In this document: one piece after another, positions 1 to 7,709 of the stretch
Numbering within the stretch: the first letter of the stretch is position 1
Layout of the letters: each line of letters opens with the position of its first letter
Source: Candidatus Calditenuaceae archaeon HR02
GTDB taxonomy: Archaea; Thermoproteota; Nitrososphaeria_A; Caldarchaeales; Calditenuaceae
NCBI GenBank assembly: GCA_002898395.1
Contig: BEHE01000005.1
Location: 28,200-60,199 of the forward strand
Direction: 5' to 3'
Length of the DNA: 32,000 nucleotides
Notes under the pieces: model-generated
Told to the model about the DNA's origin: nothing
The model's input: only the letters and a program-made list of their open reading frames with translations
Database searches by the model: none
Made by a program: the position numbers and the translations under genes

Positions 1-82
1 CAGTCTTCATCGCAGATTTGTTCAGAGTATTGGGGAGGGCCATCGGCGCAGTACTATTTGGGATCGCCTAGGATGAATCAAC

Positions 83-748
83 TCACCAATAATAGCCCCT
101 ATACCTGTTCAGACCTGAAGCCCACACTGCTGTCAAGCCAAGCCCCATGATGAGGCCCCCGATGTGTGCACTATACGCTATTGAGCTGAAAGGCATCGTA
201 AACGCCAGCAGTGTCTGCAATAGGGCCAGAATGAGTATGACAATGTATGCAGGCGCGACAATAGGTATTAGGTAGAGGAAGAGGGCCAGTGGTCTTCTAG
301 GAAATAGGACTCCGAACGCCCCCATAACCCCAAATACCGCGCCTGAGGCCCCAACGGCGGGGGTGTAGGGTGCAAATCTGTTTGAGGGGAAGTAATAGCT
401 GGTGAACGCGTAGGCCAATCCGCCCACCACACCGCTTGCGAAGTATAGTGCGAGGAATCTTGACCGGCCAAGCAAAATCTCAACATCTCTCCCCAGAATC
501 AACAGCCCCCACATGTTGAAGAAGATATGAAGGAACCCGTCGTGGATAAACATGGATGTAAAGATCGTGAACACTCCATATAGGAGGGAGGAGAGGTCTG
601 GTGCTGCTAGAATGGTTGCCGGGACAAGTCCGAAATTATAGATCATGAATGCTCTGCCGACAATGGATGTGAGGCCGAAGACTACCAAGTTTATGGCTAT
701 GAGCGTAAATGTAGCTAGCGGCCGCACTTCCCTTACGATGTACAACAA
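83..748 (-). CDS. Rhomboid-family intramembrane serine protease
   Basis: The 221-aa ORF is polytopic. It carries the rhomboid catalytic Ser motif GASGAVFGVMGA and the downstream His motif AHIGGLIMG. It has a TTG start, with a TATA-like gcttaaatcc about 25-30 nt upstream on the minus strand. Confidence 0.85.
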   Translation of the reverse strand: MLYIVREVRPLATFTLIAINLVVFGLTSIVGRAFMIYNFGLVPATILAAPDLSSLLYGVFTIFTSMFIHDGFLHIFFNMWGLLILGRDVEILLGRSRFLALYFASGVVGGLAYAFTSYYFPSNRFAPYTPAVGASGAVFGVMGAFGVLFPRRPLALFLYLIPIVAPAYIVILILALLQTLLAFTMPFSSIAYSAHIGGLIMGLGLTAVWASGLNRYRGYYW

Positions 749-772
749 GTCATTGATTATGGATTCTCGGAT

Positions 773-2119
773 TTAAGCATAGCAGTGCTCCTTACCGATG
801 TATGCGAGCGCGCAGCTCCTCTTCATCAACTCCCTCAGTAGGGATGTTGCATAGCTTGAGGGTGGTAGTGTCAGGTAGAGTCTAATATTGGAGTCTTGCA
901 GCCTCTCTAGCTCGAGACTAAGCGGTCTCAACAGGATGGGCCTGTACATGCCTGTTGATGAGACTTCGGGCATAAGCCTGGTTCTAAAGCTCCTAGGCGA
1001 GACTCCTTCCTGGTCTAGGACGTTTTTCAGCGCGTCGCCTCTCGGACCGCGGGGAATCCACGAGAGGTATCCAGGGGTTGGTAGAACTATTGCCACCTCC
1101 CCCCTCCTTAGCCGCACCCCAACCTCTTCAAGATTCGCGCTAGTAACCTGTAGCGGCCTGCCATAGGGTCTGTGATGCCTATCTATCCTGACGAAGAGGT
1201 CCCCTATGCATGGCTCGTTAAGGTGGAGGCCATCTCTGAGCGTGAGGCTTAGAGCCCTGTTGAATAAGTACGAGGAGAAGGCGTCGATGAATAGCCTCCT
1301 TATGCGGAGTGGGAGGCTCCTGAGAGCTCCGGAATAGTCTCCGGGCAGTCGAGAAAGGCGTCTCAGCATCCTCCTCTCATACGTCAGGCTTAGCGGGAAA
1401 TTCTTCAACGCCTCTCCATAGTCACCAGTCTCAGAAAAGGCCAGCCGGGCAGTCCTCACTGGTTCAGGCTCAAACTCTGTGGTGAATCCAAGAAACGTGT
1501 CCACCGCGCCGCGCAGATCTCCCTTCACGATAAGTCTGCCTACAATATGTGTTATTGGTCTCAGGAGGCCGAACCTCTGATACCCAAAAAAGTTCGGAAC
1601 ACCTGAATCCAGGACGGTCTCTTTAAAATGTGTTAGGAGTGAAGAATCTGCCTCGGCTGCCCTAATAATTATGTCGAATTTATTCGCGACCAGCCTAGAG
1701 GAGTTTAGCCCATCAATAAATCCTATCCTCCACGCCTCCCACCTACTAGATGCGTAATGGCCTCGATCCTCCACGAACCTAGCCACGGGGAGGGCGACGT
1801 ATTGATAGGTCACAGCCCTCCTATCCTTTATCCCACATATCTTCGCCCTCGAGGGTCTGGTTCCAATAGTTTGCGCCAGCTCGGCTATGGCCGAGACTGT
1901 CTCTATATCCCTCTTCTTCAATATCCAGAGCGTGTATCTTGTGGGCTCTACGGGTAGTGGGTCTTTAAACCAGAGAGCTTTGGCGTCAAGTCCACCCTCA
2001 AGTATCTCAGAAACTATGAAGTCTTCAGGTTGCTTCTTTACGATGCCCCCTATTCCCCGGGTAGGGGTATAATAGCCCTCCACCCCGATCGCCGACTCTA
2101 TATCGCCACATCCCAACAT
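773..2119 (-). CDS. truD: tRNA pseudouridine synthase TruD/Pus7 family
   Basis: The 448-aa ORF has an ATG start. It contains the TruD catalytic-Asp motif GIKDRRAVTYQ and the NFFGYQRFG motif. Confidence 0.85.
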   Translation of the reverse strand: MLGCGDIESAIGVEGYYTPTRGIGGIVKKQPEDFIVSEILEGGLDAKALWFKDPLPVEPTRYTLWILKKRDIETVSAIAELAQTIGTRPSRAKICGIKDRRAVTYQYVALPVARFVEDRGHYASSRWEAWRIGFIDGLNSSRLVANKFDIIIRAAEADSSLLTHFKETVLDSGVPNFFGYQRFGLLRPITHIVGRLIVKGDLRGAVDTFLGFTTEFEPEPVRTARLAFSETGDYGEALKNFPLSLTYERRMLRRLSRLPGDYSGALRSLPLRIRRLFIDAFSSYLFNRALSLTLRDGLHLNEPCIGDLFVRIDRHHRPYGRPLQVTSANLEEVGVRLRRGEVAIVLPTPGYLSWIPRGPRGDALKNVLDQEGVSPRSFRTRLMPEVSSTGMYRPILLRPLSLELERLQDSNIRLYLTLPPSSYATSLLRELMKRSCALAYIGKEHCYA

Positions 2120-2156
2120 GTCTCTTTGAGAGACCAGATTAGAAGACTGTTCAGCC

Positions 2157-3410
2157 CTATTTCACGATGACGTCCATTATGCCGGGGCCGATTCCGATAT
2201 ACCTGACGGCTATCCCGAGCTCCTCCTCGACCCTCTCCAGGTATCGGCGGGCGGCCCTATGGAGGGCGCCGTATCCCTCCCTCCTCAGCCTCTCCCTCTC
2301 CGCCTCATCGATCCGAGGCCACCCCTCAAGCTCAAGGTAAATCGGATTCACACTCCTTAGATCCTTGACCTTCTCTGGGTACGACTCTCCCACACCCTCA
2401 TACTTTACACATAGTTTCACCCTTTCCAGCCCTGAGAGTGTATCGACCCGTGTCAGAAATATTTGGTCAGCGTCGTTGAGCATGCATGCGTATCTGAGCT
2501 GCGGCATATCAAGCCAACCGATCCTCCTCGGCCTCCCAGTCGTTGCTCCATACTCACCCCCCCTCTCCCTTATCATATCTGCTACTGGTCCTGCTATCTC
2601 GGTGGGGAAAGGCCCAGCCCCGACCCTGGTAGTATACGCCTTTGCAACTCCCACCACTGAGGCTATAGACCTTAACCCGACGCCAGAACCTATGGCTGCT
2701 GAGGCAGAGGTGGTGTGGCTGGAGGTGACGTAGGGGTATGTGCCATGATCTATGTCGAGCATGGTCCCCTGAGCACCTTCGAAAACAACTGTCCCACCAC
2801 TTGAGAGCTTGTCTCTAATCAGTGAAGAGACATCCCCGACCATTCCCCTGACCTGCTCGGCAAGACCCCTCATCTTCCCCAAGATCTCTTCGGGGTTAAA
2901 GGGGATCACGCCGCCCCAGAGCCTCACCCAGACCTTTACTATGTCGCCAATATCTTCTGCATCCAGTACGTCACATAACCTCAGCCCCAGTCTACCATAC
3001 TTGTGGAGGGCTGTTGGGCCAATGCCCCTTCGCGTAGTACCTATCGACCCTCCACCCCTCAGCTCTTCCATCTTGGCGTCAAGGCCTACCTGTAGGGGGG
3101 TTACGAGGTGTGCCCGAGGACTCACAACTACCCCCACCTTGCCCACCACCTCTTCCAGCCTCGCGATGTCCCGTAGCATCTCCTCTAGGTCGAGGTAGAC
3201 GCCAGGACCTATTGCGGCCGACTTAGTCGAGATCGTTGCCGCCGGGAGTATGTGGAGGCTGAGTGTCCTGTCGGGTAGCGTGACGGTGTGGCCGGCGTTG
3301 GCCCCCCCATTGAACCTCACTGCCAGAGACGCCCCCCTCGCTAGGTATGCTGATACCTTGCCTTTTCCCTCGTCCCCCCACTGCAGACCCACTACGACTA
3401 TTCCCGGCAT
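2157..3410 (-). CDS. purA: Adenylosuccinate synthetase
   Basis: The 417-aa ORF has the N-terminal P-loop GLQWGDEGKGK, plus GGANAGHTV and GTTRRGIGP motifs. Its ATG lies 1 nt after the guaB stop. Confidence 0.95.
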   Translation of the reverse strand: MPGIVVVGLQWGDEGKGKVSAYLARGASLAVRFNGGANAGHTVTLPDRTLSLHILPAATISTKSAAIGPGVYLDLEEMLRDIARLEEVVGKVGVVVSPRAHLVTPLQVGLDAKMEELRGGGSIGTTRRGIGPTALHKYGRLGLRLCDVLDAEDIGDIVKVWVRLWGGVIPFNPEEILGKMRGLAEQVRGMVGDVSSLIRDKLSSGGTVVFEGAQGTMLDIDHGTYPYVTSSHTTSASAAIGSGVGLRSIASVVGVAKAYTTRVGAGPFPTEIAGPVADMIRERGGEYGATTGRPRRIGWLDMPQLRYACMLNDADQIFLTRVDTLSGLERVKLCVKYEGVGESYPEKVKDLRSVNPIYLELEGWPRIDEAERERLRREGYGALHRAARRYLERVEEELGIAVRYIGIGPGIMDVIVK

Positions 3411-3411
3411 G

Positions 3412-4863
3412 CTATACTATCCGCTCAACGTCATGTGGTAGCGACTCGAGGTATGAGGCGTGGGTAATCTGTATGAACACTGCATTCCTCCTCAGCTCGG
3501 GAATCGTCCTCGCACCAAGGTAGCTCATCCCAGACTTCAGACCATTCACCAACTGTTTTATCACGTCTGATGCTGAGCCCTTATAGTCGACGTATGCCTC
3601 AATACCCTCTGCCATATAGGAATAGTCGGCTACCTCATCGAGTGGCACATCGCCGGCCGACCTTGTCTCTCTGCTAAGCATCGCGTAGAAGGAGGCCATG
3701 CCCCTGTAGACCTTGCTCTTCCTTCCGTTCCTAACAACAATGGCGCCTGGGCTCTCATCTGTCCCCGCTAGGAGCATGCCTATCATCACGGTGGAGGCTC
3801 CCCCCGCTAAGGCCTTCACCAAGTCAGCCGAGCTCCTGATCCCCCCGTCAGCCATCATGGGGGCCCCTGTCCTCTCCGATGCTTCAGCACAGCTTAGGAT
3901 TGCCGTGAGCTGTGGAACACCTACGCCTGCGACTATTCTCGTAGTGCATACGGCGCCAGGGCCTATGCCTACCTTTACACAGTCAGCATAGGCGGCCAGG
4001 TCCTCGAACCCCTCAGGCGTGGCAACGTTCCCGGCTATTATCTCCACGTCATCACCGAGCTCTTTTCGAAGCGTCTTAAGGGCGTTTAACACGAGTTCTG
4101 TATGTCCATGCGCTACATCCACCACCAGCACGTCGGCCTCCGCCTCGACTAGGGCGCGAGCCCTCTCGAGGAAGTCTCCCTTAACACCAATAGCAGCCCC
4201 GACCATCATCCGCCCCTTAGCATCTCGCGAGGAGTGTGGGTAGAGTCCCCGAGACCTGATGTCCTTCGCCGTTATCAGACCCTTGATCCTCCAGCCCTCA
4301 TCAACGATTGGGATCTTCTCGACCTTGTGCTTCCTTATAAGCTCCACAGCCTCCTCTGTAGTTACTCCCTCGCGAGCGGCTACAAGCCTGCTCCTAGGAG
4401 TCATCACCTCATCCACGCGGGTCTCATCTCTCTCAAACATTATGTCACGCACGGTGACTATGCCATGTACCCGCCTCTCAGCGTCAACAACAATCAAGCC
4501 TGACACGCCTCTAACTTCCATCTCCCGCCGCGCCTCACCGACTGTGGACCCCAACAGTATGGTGTAGGGGTCGTCGATTACTATCCCCTCAGCTCTCTTC
4601 ACCTTAAGGACCTCTGCGACCTGCTGTTTAATCGGCATGAACCTGTGTATGACGCCGAGACCTCCTTCCCTCGCCATTGCAATGGCCATCTTGCTCTCAG
4701 TAACAGTGTCCATTGCAGCTGAGACTATCGGAATGTTGATCGTGAGCTTCCTAGTTAGCTTCGTGACCGTGGACGCCTCACTTCTTGACTTTAGCGTCGA
4801 AAACCTAGGCACCAGCAGTACATCGTCAAACGTTAAGCCCGGGCCTTCCCAGAAGGATGCCAC
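3412..4863 (-). CDS. guaB: IMP dehydrogenase with CBS pair
   Basis: The 483-aa ORF has the catalytic-Cys loop GIGPGAVCTTR and the N-terminal LTFDDVLLVP motif. An internal CBS-like region is present. It has a GTG start. Confidence 0.95.
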   Translation of the reverse strand: MASFWEGPGLTFDDVLLVPRFSTLKSRSEASTVTKLTRKLTINIPIVSAAMDTVTESKMAIAMAREGGLGVIHRFMPIKQQVAEVLKVKRAEGIVIDDPYTILLGSTVGEARREMEVRGVSGLIVVDAERRVHGIVTVRDIMFERDETRVDEVMTPRSRLVAAREGVTTEEAVELIRKHKVEKIPIVDEGWRIKGLITAKDIRSRGLYPHSSRDAKGRMMVGAAIGVKGDFLERARALVEAEADVLVVDVAHGHTELVLNALKTLRKELGDDVEIIAGNVATPEGFEDLAAYADCVKVGIGPGAVCTTRIVAGVGVPQLTAILSCAEASERTGAPMMADGGIRSSADLVKALAGGASTVMIGMLLAGTDESPGAIVVRNGRKSKVYRGMASFYAMLSRETRSAGDVPLDEVADYSYMAEGIEAYVDYKGSASDVIKQLVNGLKSGMSYLGARTIPELRRNAVFIQITHASYLESLPHDVERIV

Positions 4864-4895
4864 CTAATCCCTTCAGATTGAGGCGGCTCGCCACG

Positions 4896-4908
4896 CTTTA
4901 AATATTTT
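4896..4908 (-). promoter_or_regulatory. TATA-like box (ctttaaatatttt), probable guaB-purA promoter
   Basis: This AT-rich palindromic TATA element lies 34-46 nt upstream of the guaB GTG. It is also 66-78 nt upstream of the divergent ORF at 4974. Confidence 0.35.
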
Positions 4909-4973
4909 CACCCGCACTATGTGCTAGCCCGTCGCCCCCGGTTATAAGTCAGCCCTCCAGTGGATAGAGGGGG

Positions 4974-5591
4974 TTGAGGAGCAGGGTTAAGGGTGTTGTC
5001 GCTGTCCTGCTGAGGGACAATGCGAAGGCGTCAAAGGTGCTGGAGGCTTTTCGGCGTCTCGACATCCAGGCCATCTGGGTCACGGCCCCGGAAGAGATTC
5101 CACTCACAGTGAAGGTGGTAGTAGCCAGTATGGAGGAAGGACTGGCCATACCCGCTCATCTGAAAATACTCTACGTAGAGGACTATCGCTCACATGACTG
5201 CATCGCCCTACAAGCGGCCTCTAGCCTCGGGCCCAACAGGCCGCAAACATCTCTCGACGTCGCAATAGACCCTGGCCGGAGATTAGGCGTGGTCTACGTG
5301 GTGGATGGCTACGTGGTGAAGACCCACACCTACCCTAGCATAGATGCCTTTGAGGAGGACTGTAGGATGGCTGTTGAATGCCTAGGGAATGGTAGGCGCC
5401 TCGCCTTCTACATTGGATACAGGCCCGAAGCACTAACTCACGAGCTCGTAGCAAGGCTCAAAAAACACTACCCCACAGCCACCATACTCGTTTTACCCGA
5501 CGACGGGACAGGGCCAGAGTTTAAGGGCCTAAGTCCAGATGAAGAATCAGCGCTCAAGATTTATTTCAAGGCAACCTCTGAGAATATCTGA
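4974..5591 (+). CDS. Hypothetical protein; C-terminal half resembles a RuvC/RNase H-fold nuclease
   Basis: The 205-aa ORF has protein-like composition. It carries a DVAIDPGRRLGVVYVVDG motif, similar to the first acidic strand of RuvC/YqgF. It also has a C-terminal SPDEESALKIY, similar to the RuvC DAxDAlAiA helix. The N-terminal 95 aa or so are unrecognised. The function call is pattern-based only. Confidence 0.4.
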   Translation: MRSRVKGVVAVLLRDNAKASKVLEAFRRLDIQAIWVTAPEEIPLTVKVVVASMEEGLAIPAHLKILYVEDYRSHDCIALQAASSLGPNRPQTSLDVAIDPGRRLGVVYVVDGYVVKTHTYPSIDAFEEDCRMAVECLGNGRRLAFYIGYRPEALTHELVARLKKHYPTATILVLPDDGTGPEFKGLSPDEESALKIYFKATSENI

Positions 5592-5636
5592 AGGCGGGCG
5601 CCTTACCCTTAACCCTCTCCCGGGTCGATTAGATGG

Positions 5637-5729
5637 GCGGCCGTGGTCTAGCCAGGTATGACGGCGGGGCCCCGAGCCATGGGCGACGGGTACGCCCGCA
5701 AGTCCCGGGTTCAAATCCCGGCGGCCGCA
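5637..5729 (+). tRNA. Intron-containing tRNA; best model tRNA-Gly(CCC) with 19-nt intron 5675-5693
   Basis: The acceptor stem is GCGGCCG/CGGCCGC with A73. The D arm is GTCT-AGCCAGGTA-TGAC. The anticodon stem is GCGGG/CCCGC, the variable loop is AAGTC, and the T arm is CCGGG-TTCAAAT-CCCGG. CCA is not encoded and a T-rich tract follows. A bulge-helix-bulge can be drawn with a 4-bp helix (5669-5672 paired to 5688-5691) flanked by 3-nt bulges (5673-5675 and 5692-5694), which places splicing at the canonical 37/38 position. C2:G71, G3:C70 and A73 fit Gly identity. The anticodon assignment remains uncertain. Confidence 0.8.
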
Positions 5730-5750
5730 ATTTTAATAATTATGGCCTTT

Positions 5751-6243
5751 TCAATGTGGCAAGTGTGAAGGGATAAAGGGGGAGGGGACAGGTTTTCGTC
5801 TGAGCTTCATCATATTCCCGCCGATACCTATCTGTAACTTATCACAAATCTCCCACCAGTTCTTCCTTTCTCTTATTTCATCCATGCAATGCCTATCTTC
5901 CTTATTGAGAATTCGATGAGACGCTTTTCCCAGGTATAGGTGTTCTGGCGTAATCGAGGAACTTCTGATAGTCCTCTCGATGGACGACATAGAATAAAAA
6001 CCCTTCTTAGATTCTACCCACATCCATCTCCTCAATGCCATTGTTCGCTATCCTTCATAGCCATTAGTATTAGTTGACTAGTCCTTATCCCTAGCCCAGC
6101 AAGAAGTTTTCTGATGTATTCGAGTAATTCGACATCGGTGTTCGTGTAGGCTGGCATCAATCCTACTCCACCACCATCGAAGAATCCTCTTCGGAATCCC
6201 AGTCTCGCATCGGGGTTGGAGAGATGCCTCCCCGCCGCTCGTA
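5751..6243 (-). pseudogene. LAGLIDADG-type homing-endonuclease-like gene, apparently frameshifted
   Basis: Two overlapping ORFs (6032..6346 and 5751..6041) are offset by one nucleotide at about 6035. The upstream part has RLGFRRGFFDGGGVG followed by TNTDVELLEYIRKLLAGLGI, the typical LAGLIDADG helix plus the downstream xxELLxxxxxLLxxLGI segment. A likely leaderless GTG start at 6243 sits about 25 nt downstream of a TATA box at 6263-6272. The first 35 codons or so of the tracked ORF are probably promoter DNA. Confidence 0.5.
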
Positions 6244-6377
6244 GTGGCACGTATGGTAGGTGATTTAAATACCCCTCAAAATGCCAACAATACATAAACA
6301 CAGAGCAAGCCAGATGCCCTAGATGCAACACAAAACAAAGAAACAAGGCAAGAAGATAATGGATGTTGGGAGGGAGT
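6234..6377 (-). repeat. Copy A of a ~135-145 bp promoter-bearing repeat (inverted relative to copy B at 20566-20699)
   Basis: The reverse complement aligns by eye with 20566-20699 at roughly four-fifths identity. Shared perfect blocks are gttttgtgttgcatct, tttatgtattgttg, attttgagg and gtatttaaa. There is one 10-nt indel. It contains the TATA-like gtatttaaat (6263-6272, minus strand). Confidence 0.8.
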
Positions 6378-6459
6378 GGTGTGGAAAATTAGGCAGAATC
6401 AGGGTGATGGGAAAGGTAATTAGCAGCGTCTATCTCCATTCACCTCGGTGTAGGAAGGG

Positions 6460-6846
6460 TTGGGGAGGAAAAGGAGGAAGATAATACGTAGAACGGCCAG
6501 GGCTCCTCCGAAGGTTTTTGCATGCCCTCTTTGCGGGGCCCAGGCCGTCACTGTTACCCAGGTCATGAGGTTCAGAGCAGTAGTTTCGTGCGGCAAGTGC
6601 GGCGTTAGCCATGAAGTTCCTTGGCTGAAGAGCTACATGCCCGTCGACGCATATTCAACCTGGTACGACATTGTAACAGGCCGTGTCAGCCCTGAGAAGG
6701 TTAGGGAGAAGATAGAGAGGTTGGAGGCCGTAGAGGTTGAGGCGCTTCAGTCAGAATCAGGCGAGCCCGTTGAGGTAGTAGAGGAGGGTGACGAGCTCGG
6801 AGCCGCTGACTCTGGCGGGAGTGGTGTGGAAAACAGGGAGTCATGA
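6460..6846 (+). CDS. elf1: Elf1-like zinc-ribbon protein (transcription elongation factor 1 homologue) with acidic C-terminal tail
   Basis: The 128-aa ORF has a TTG start and a basic N-terminus, MGRKRRKIIRR. The CPLCG-x20-CGKCG zinc ribbon is followed by DAYSTWYD, as in Elf1. Its stop overlaps the next gene's start (ATGA). Confidence 0.75.
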   Translation: MGRKRRKIIRRTARAPPKVFACPLCGAQAVTVTQVMRFRAVVSCGKCGVSHEVPWLKSYMPVDAYSTWYDIVTGRVSPEKVREKIERLEAVEVEALQSESGEPVEVVEEGDELGAADSGGSGVENRES

Positions 6847-7652
6847 GCCACGGCGAGATTGGATTCAGGATAGGAAAGACTGAGAACTACCTGATAAACA
6901 AGCTGAGAGAGAAGGGATTCGTGCATCTGACCCTCTTCGATCCAGAGGTACTAGATACGAAGAACTTGGCAAGAGTCGCCGAGAGGTCGGAGGAGTTGGG
7001 TACGGATGGGTTCATGGTGGGCGGCTCGACAGTATACTTTAAAGAGATGATGGATGAAGCGATAAAGGCGATAAAGTCTGTATCCAATCTGCCGGTGATA
7101 ATTTTCCCGAGCAACATTACATCCCTTAGCCCTTACGCAGACGCGGTCTTCTACATGTCGCTACTCAACTCATTGGAGTGGTGGTTTATCCTTGGAGCAC
7201 AGATCCACGGCTCCTTCATGGTTAAGGAATATCGACTTGAGCCAATACCTGTTGGATATGTTGTGATTAAGGGTGAGACAAGTGTTGCCACTGTGGGGCG
7301 GGCTTTTCCCCTCCCCGAGAATAAGCCCAACATAGTTGCGAGCTATGCGCTTGCAGCCCAGATGCTGGGTATGCGGCTAATCTATCTGGAGGCAGGGTCC
7401 GGAGCAGAGTCCCCAATACCCCCAGACCTCATCCGTGTTGTTAGGAAGACAGTTGATATACCTTTAATCGTGGGCGGCGGTATAAGGTCCGGCCAAGCAG
7501 CGGCACAGGCCATCCGGGCTGGAGCAGACATCATTGTAACTGGCACCTTAGCCGAGCACGACCCACAAAAGCTGGCCGAGGTGGTAGAATACTCCAGAGA
7601 AGCGGCTAGGGAAAGGGCTCCGGCCCTATCAAGATATATCGGTGCGCGATAG
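6843..7652 (+). CDS. Geranylgeranylglyceryl phosphate synthase (PcrB/GGGPS family)
   Basis: The 269-aa ORF has motifs GTDGFMVGGS, YLEAGSGA, PLIVGGGIRS and GADIIVTG, typical of the GGGPS TIM barrel. Confidence 0.9.
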   Translation: MSHGEIGFRIGKTENYLINKLREKGFVHLTLFDPEVLDTKNLARVAERSEELGTDGFMVGGSTVYFKEMMDEAIKAIKSVSNLPVIIFPSNITSLSPYADAVFYMSLLNSLEWWFILGAQIHGSFMVKEYRLEPIPVGYVVIKGETSVATVGRAFPLPENKPNIVASYALAAQMLGMRLIYLEAGSGAESPIPPDLIRVVRKTVDIPLIVGGGIRSGQAAAQAIRAGADIIVTGTLAEHDPQKLAEVVEYSREAARERAPALSRYIGAR

Positions 7653-7672
7653 TAGCCTGTAAAGCTCAGCCT

Positions 7673-7682
7673 TCTTTATAAC
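7673..7682 (+). promoter_or_regulatory. TATA-like box (tctttataac) upstream of DP2
   Basis: It lies 29-37 nt upstream of the TTG at 7710, which is consistent with a leaderless or short-leader transcript. Confidence 0.4.
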
Positions 7683-7709
7683 TAACCTCCCACTAAGGCC
7701 TCTAGGTAG

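Noticed and set aside
3-71. An open frame running into the window start (VFIADLFRVLGRAIGAVLFGIA, then a stop). It could be the C-terminal tail of an upstream membrane protein.
   Set aside because: Only 23 codons are visible, which is too little to support a call.
5664-5697. An alternative anticodon arm for the tRNA (stem GGGCG/CGCCC, loop ACGGGTA, anticodon GGG).
   Set aside because: It would require a 7-nt variable region, lacks U33, and gives no bulge-helix-bulge at the implied splice sites.
6244-6346. The N-terminal 35 codons or so of ORF 6032..6346 (MFLCFVLHLGHLACSVFMYCWHFEGYLNHLPY).
   Set aside because: This stretch is the conserved repeat/promoter DNA and includes a TATA box. It is unlikely to be translated.
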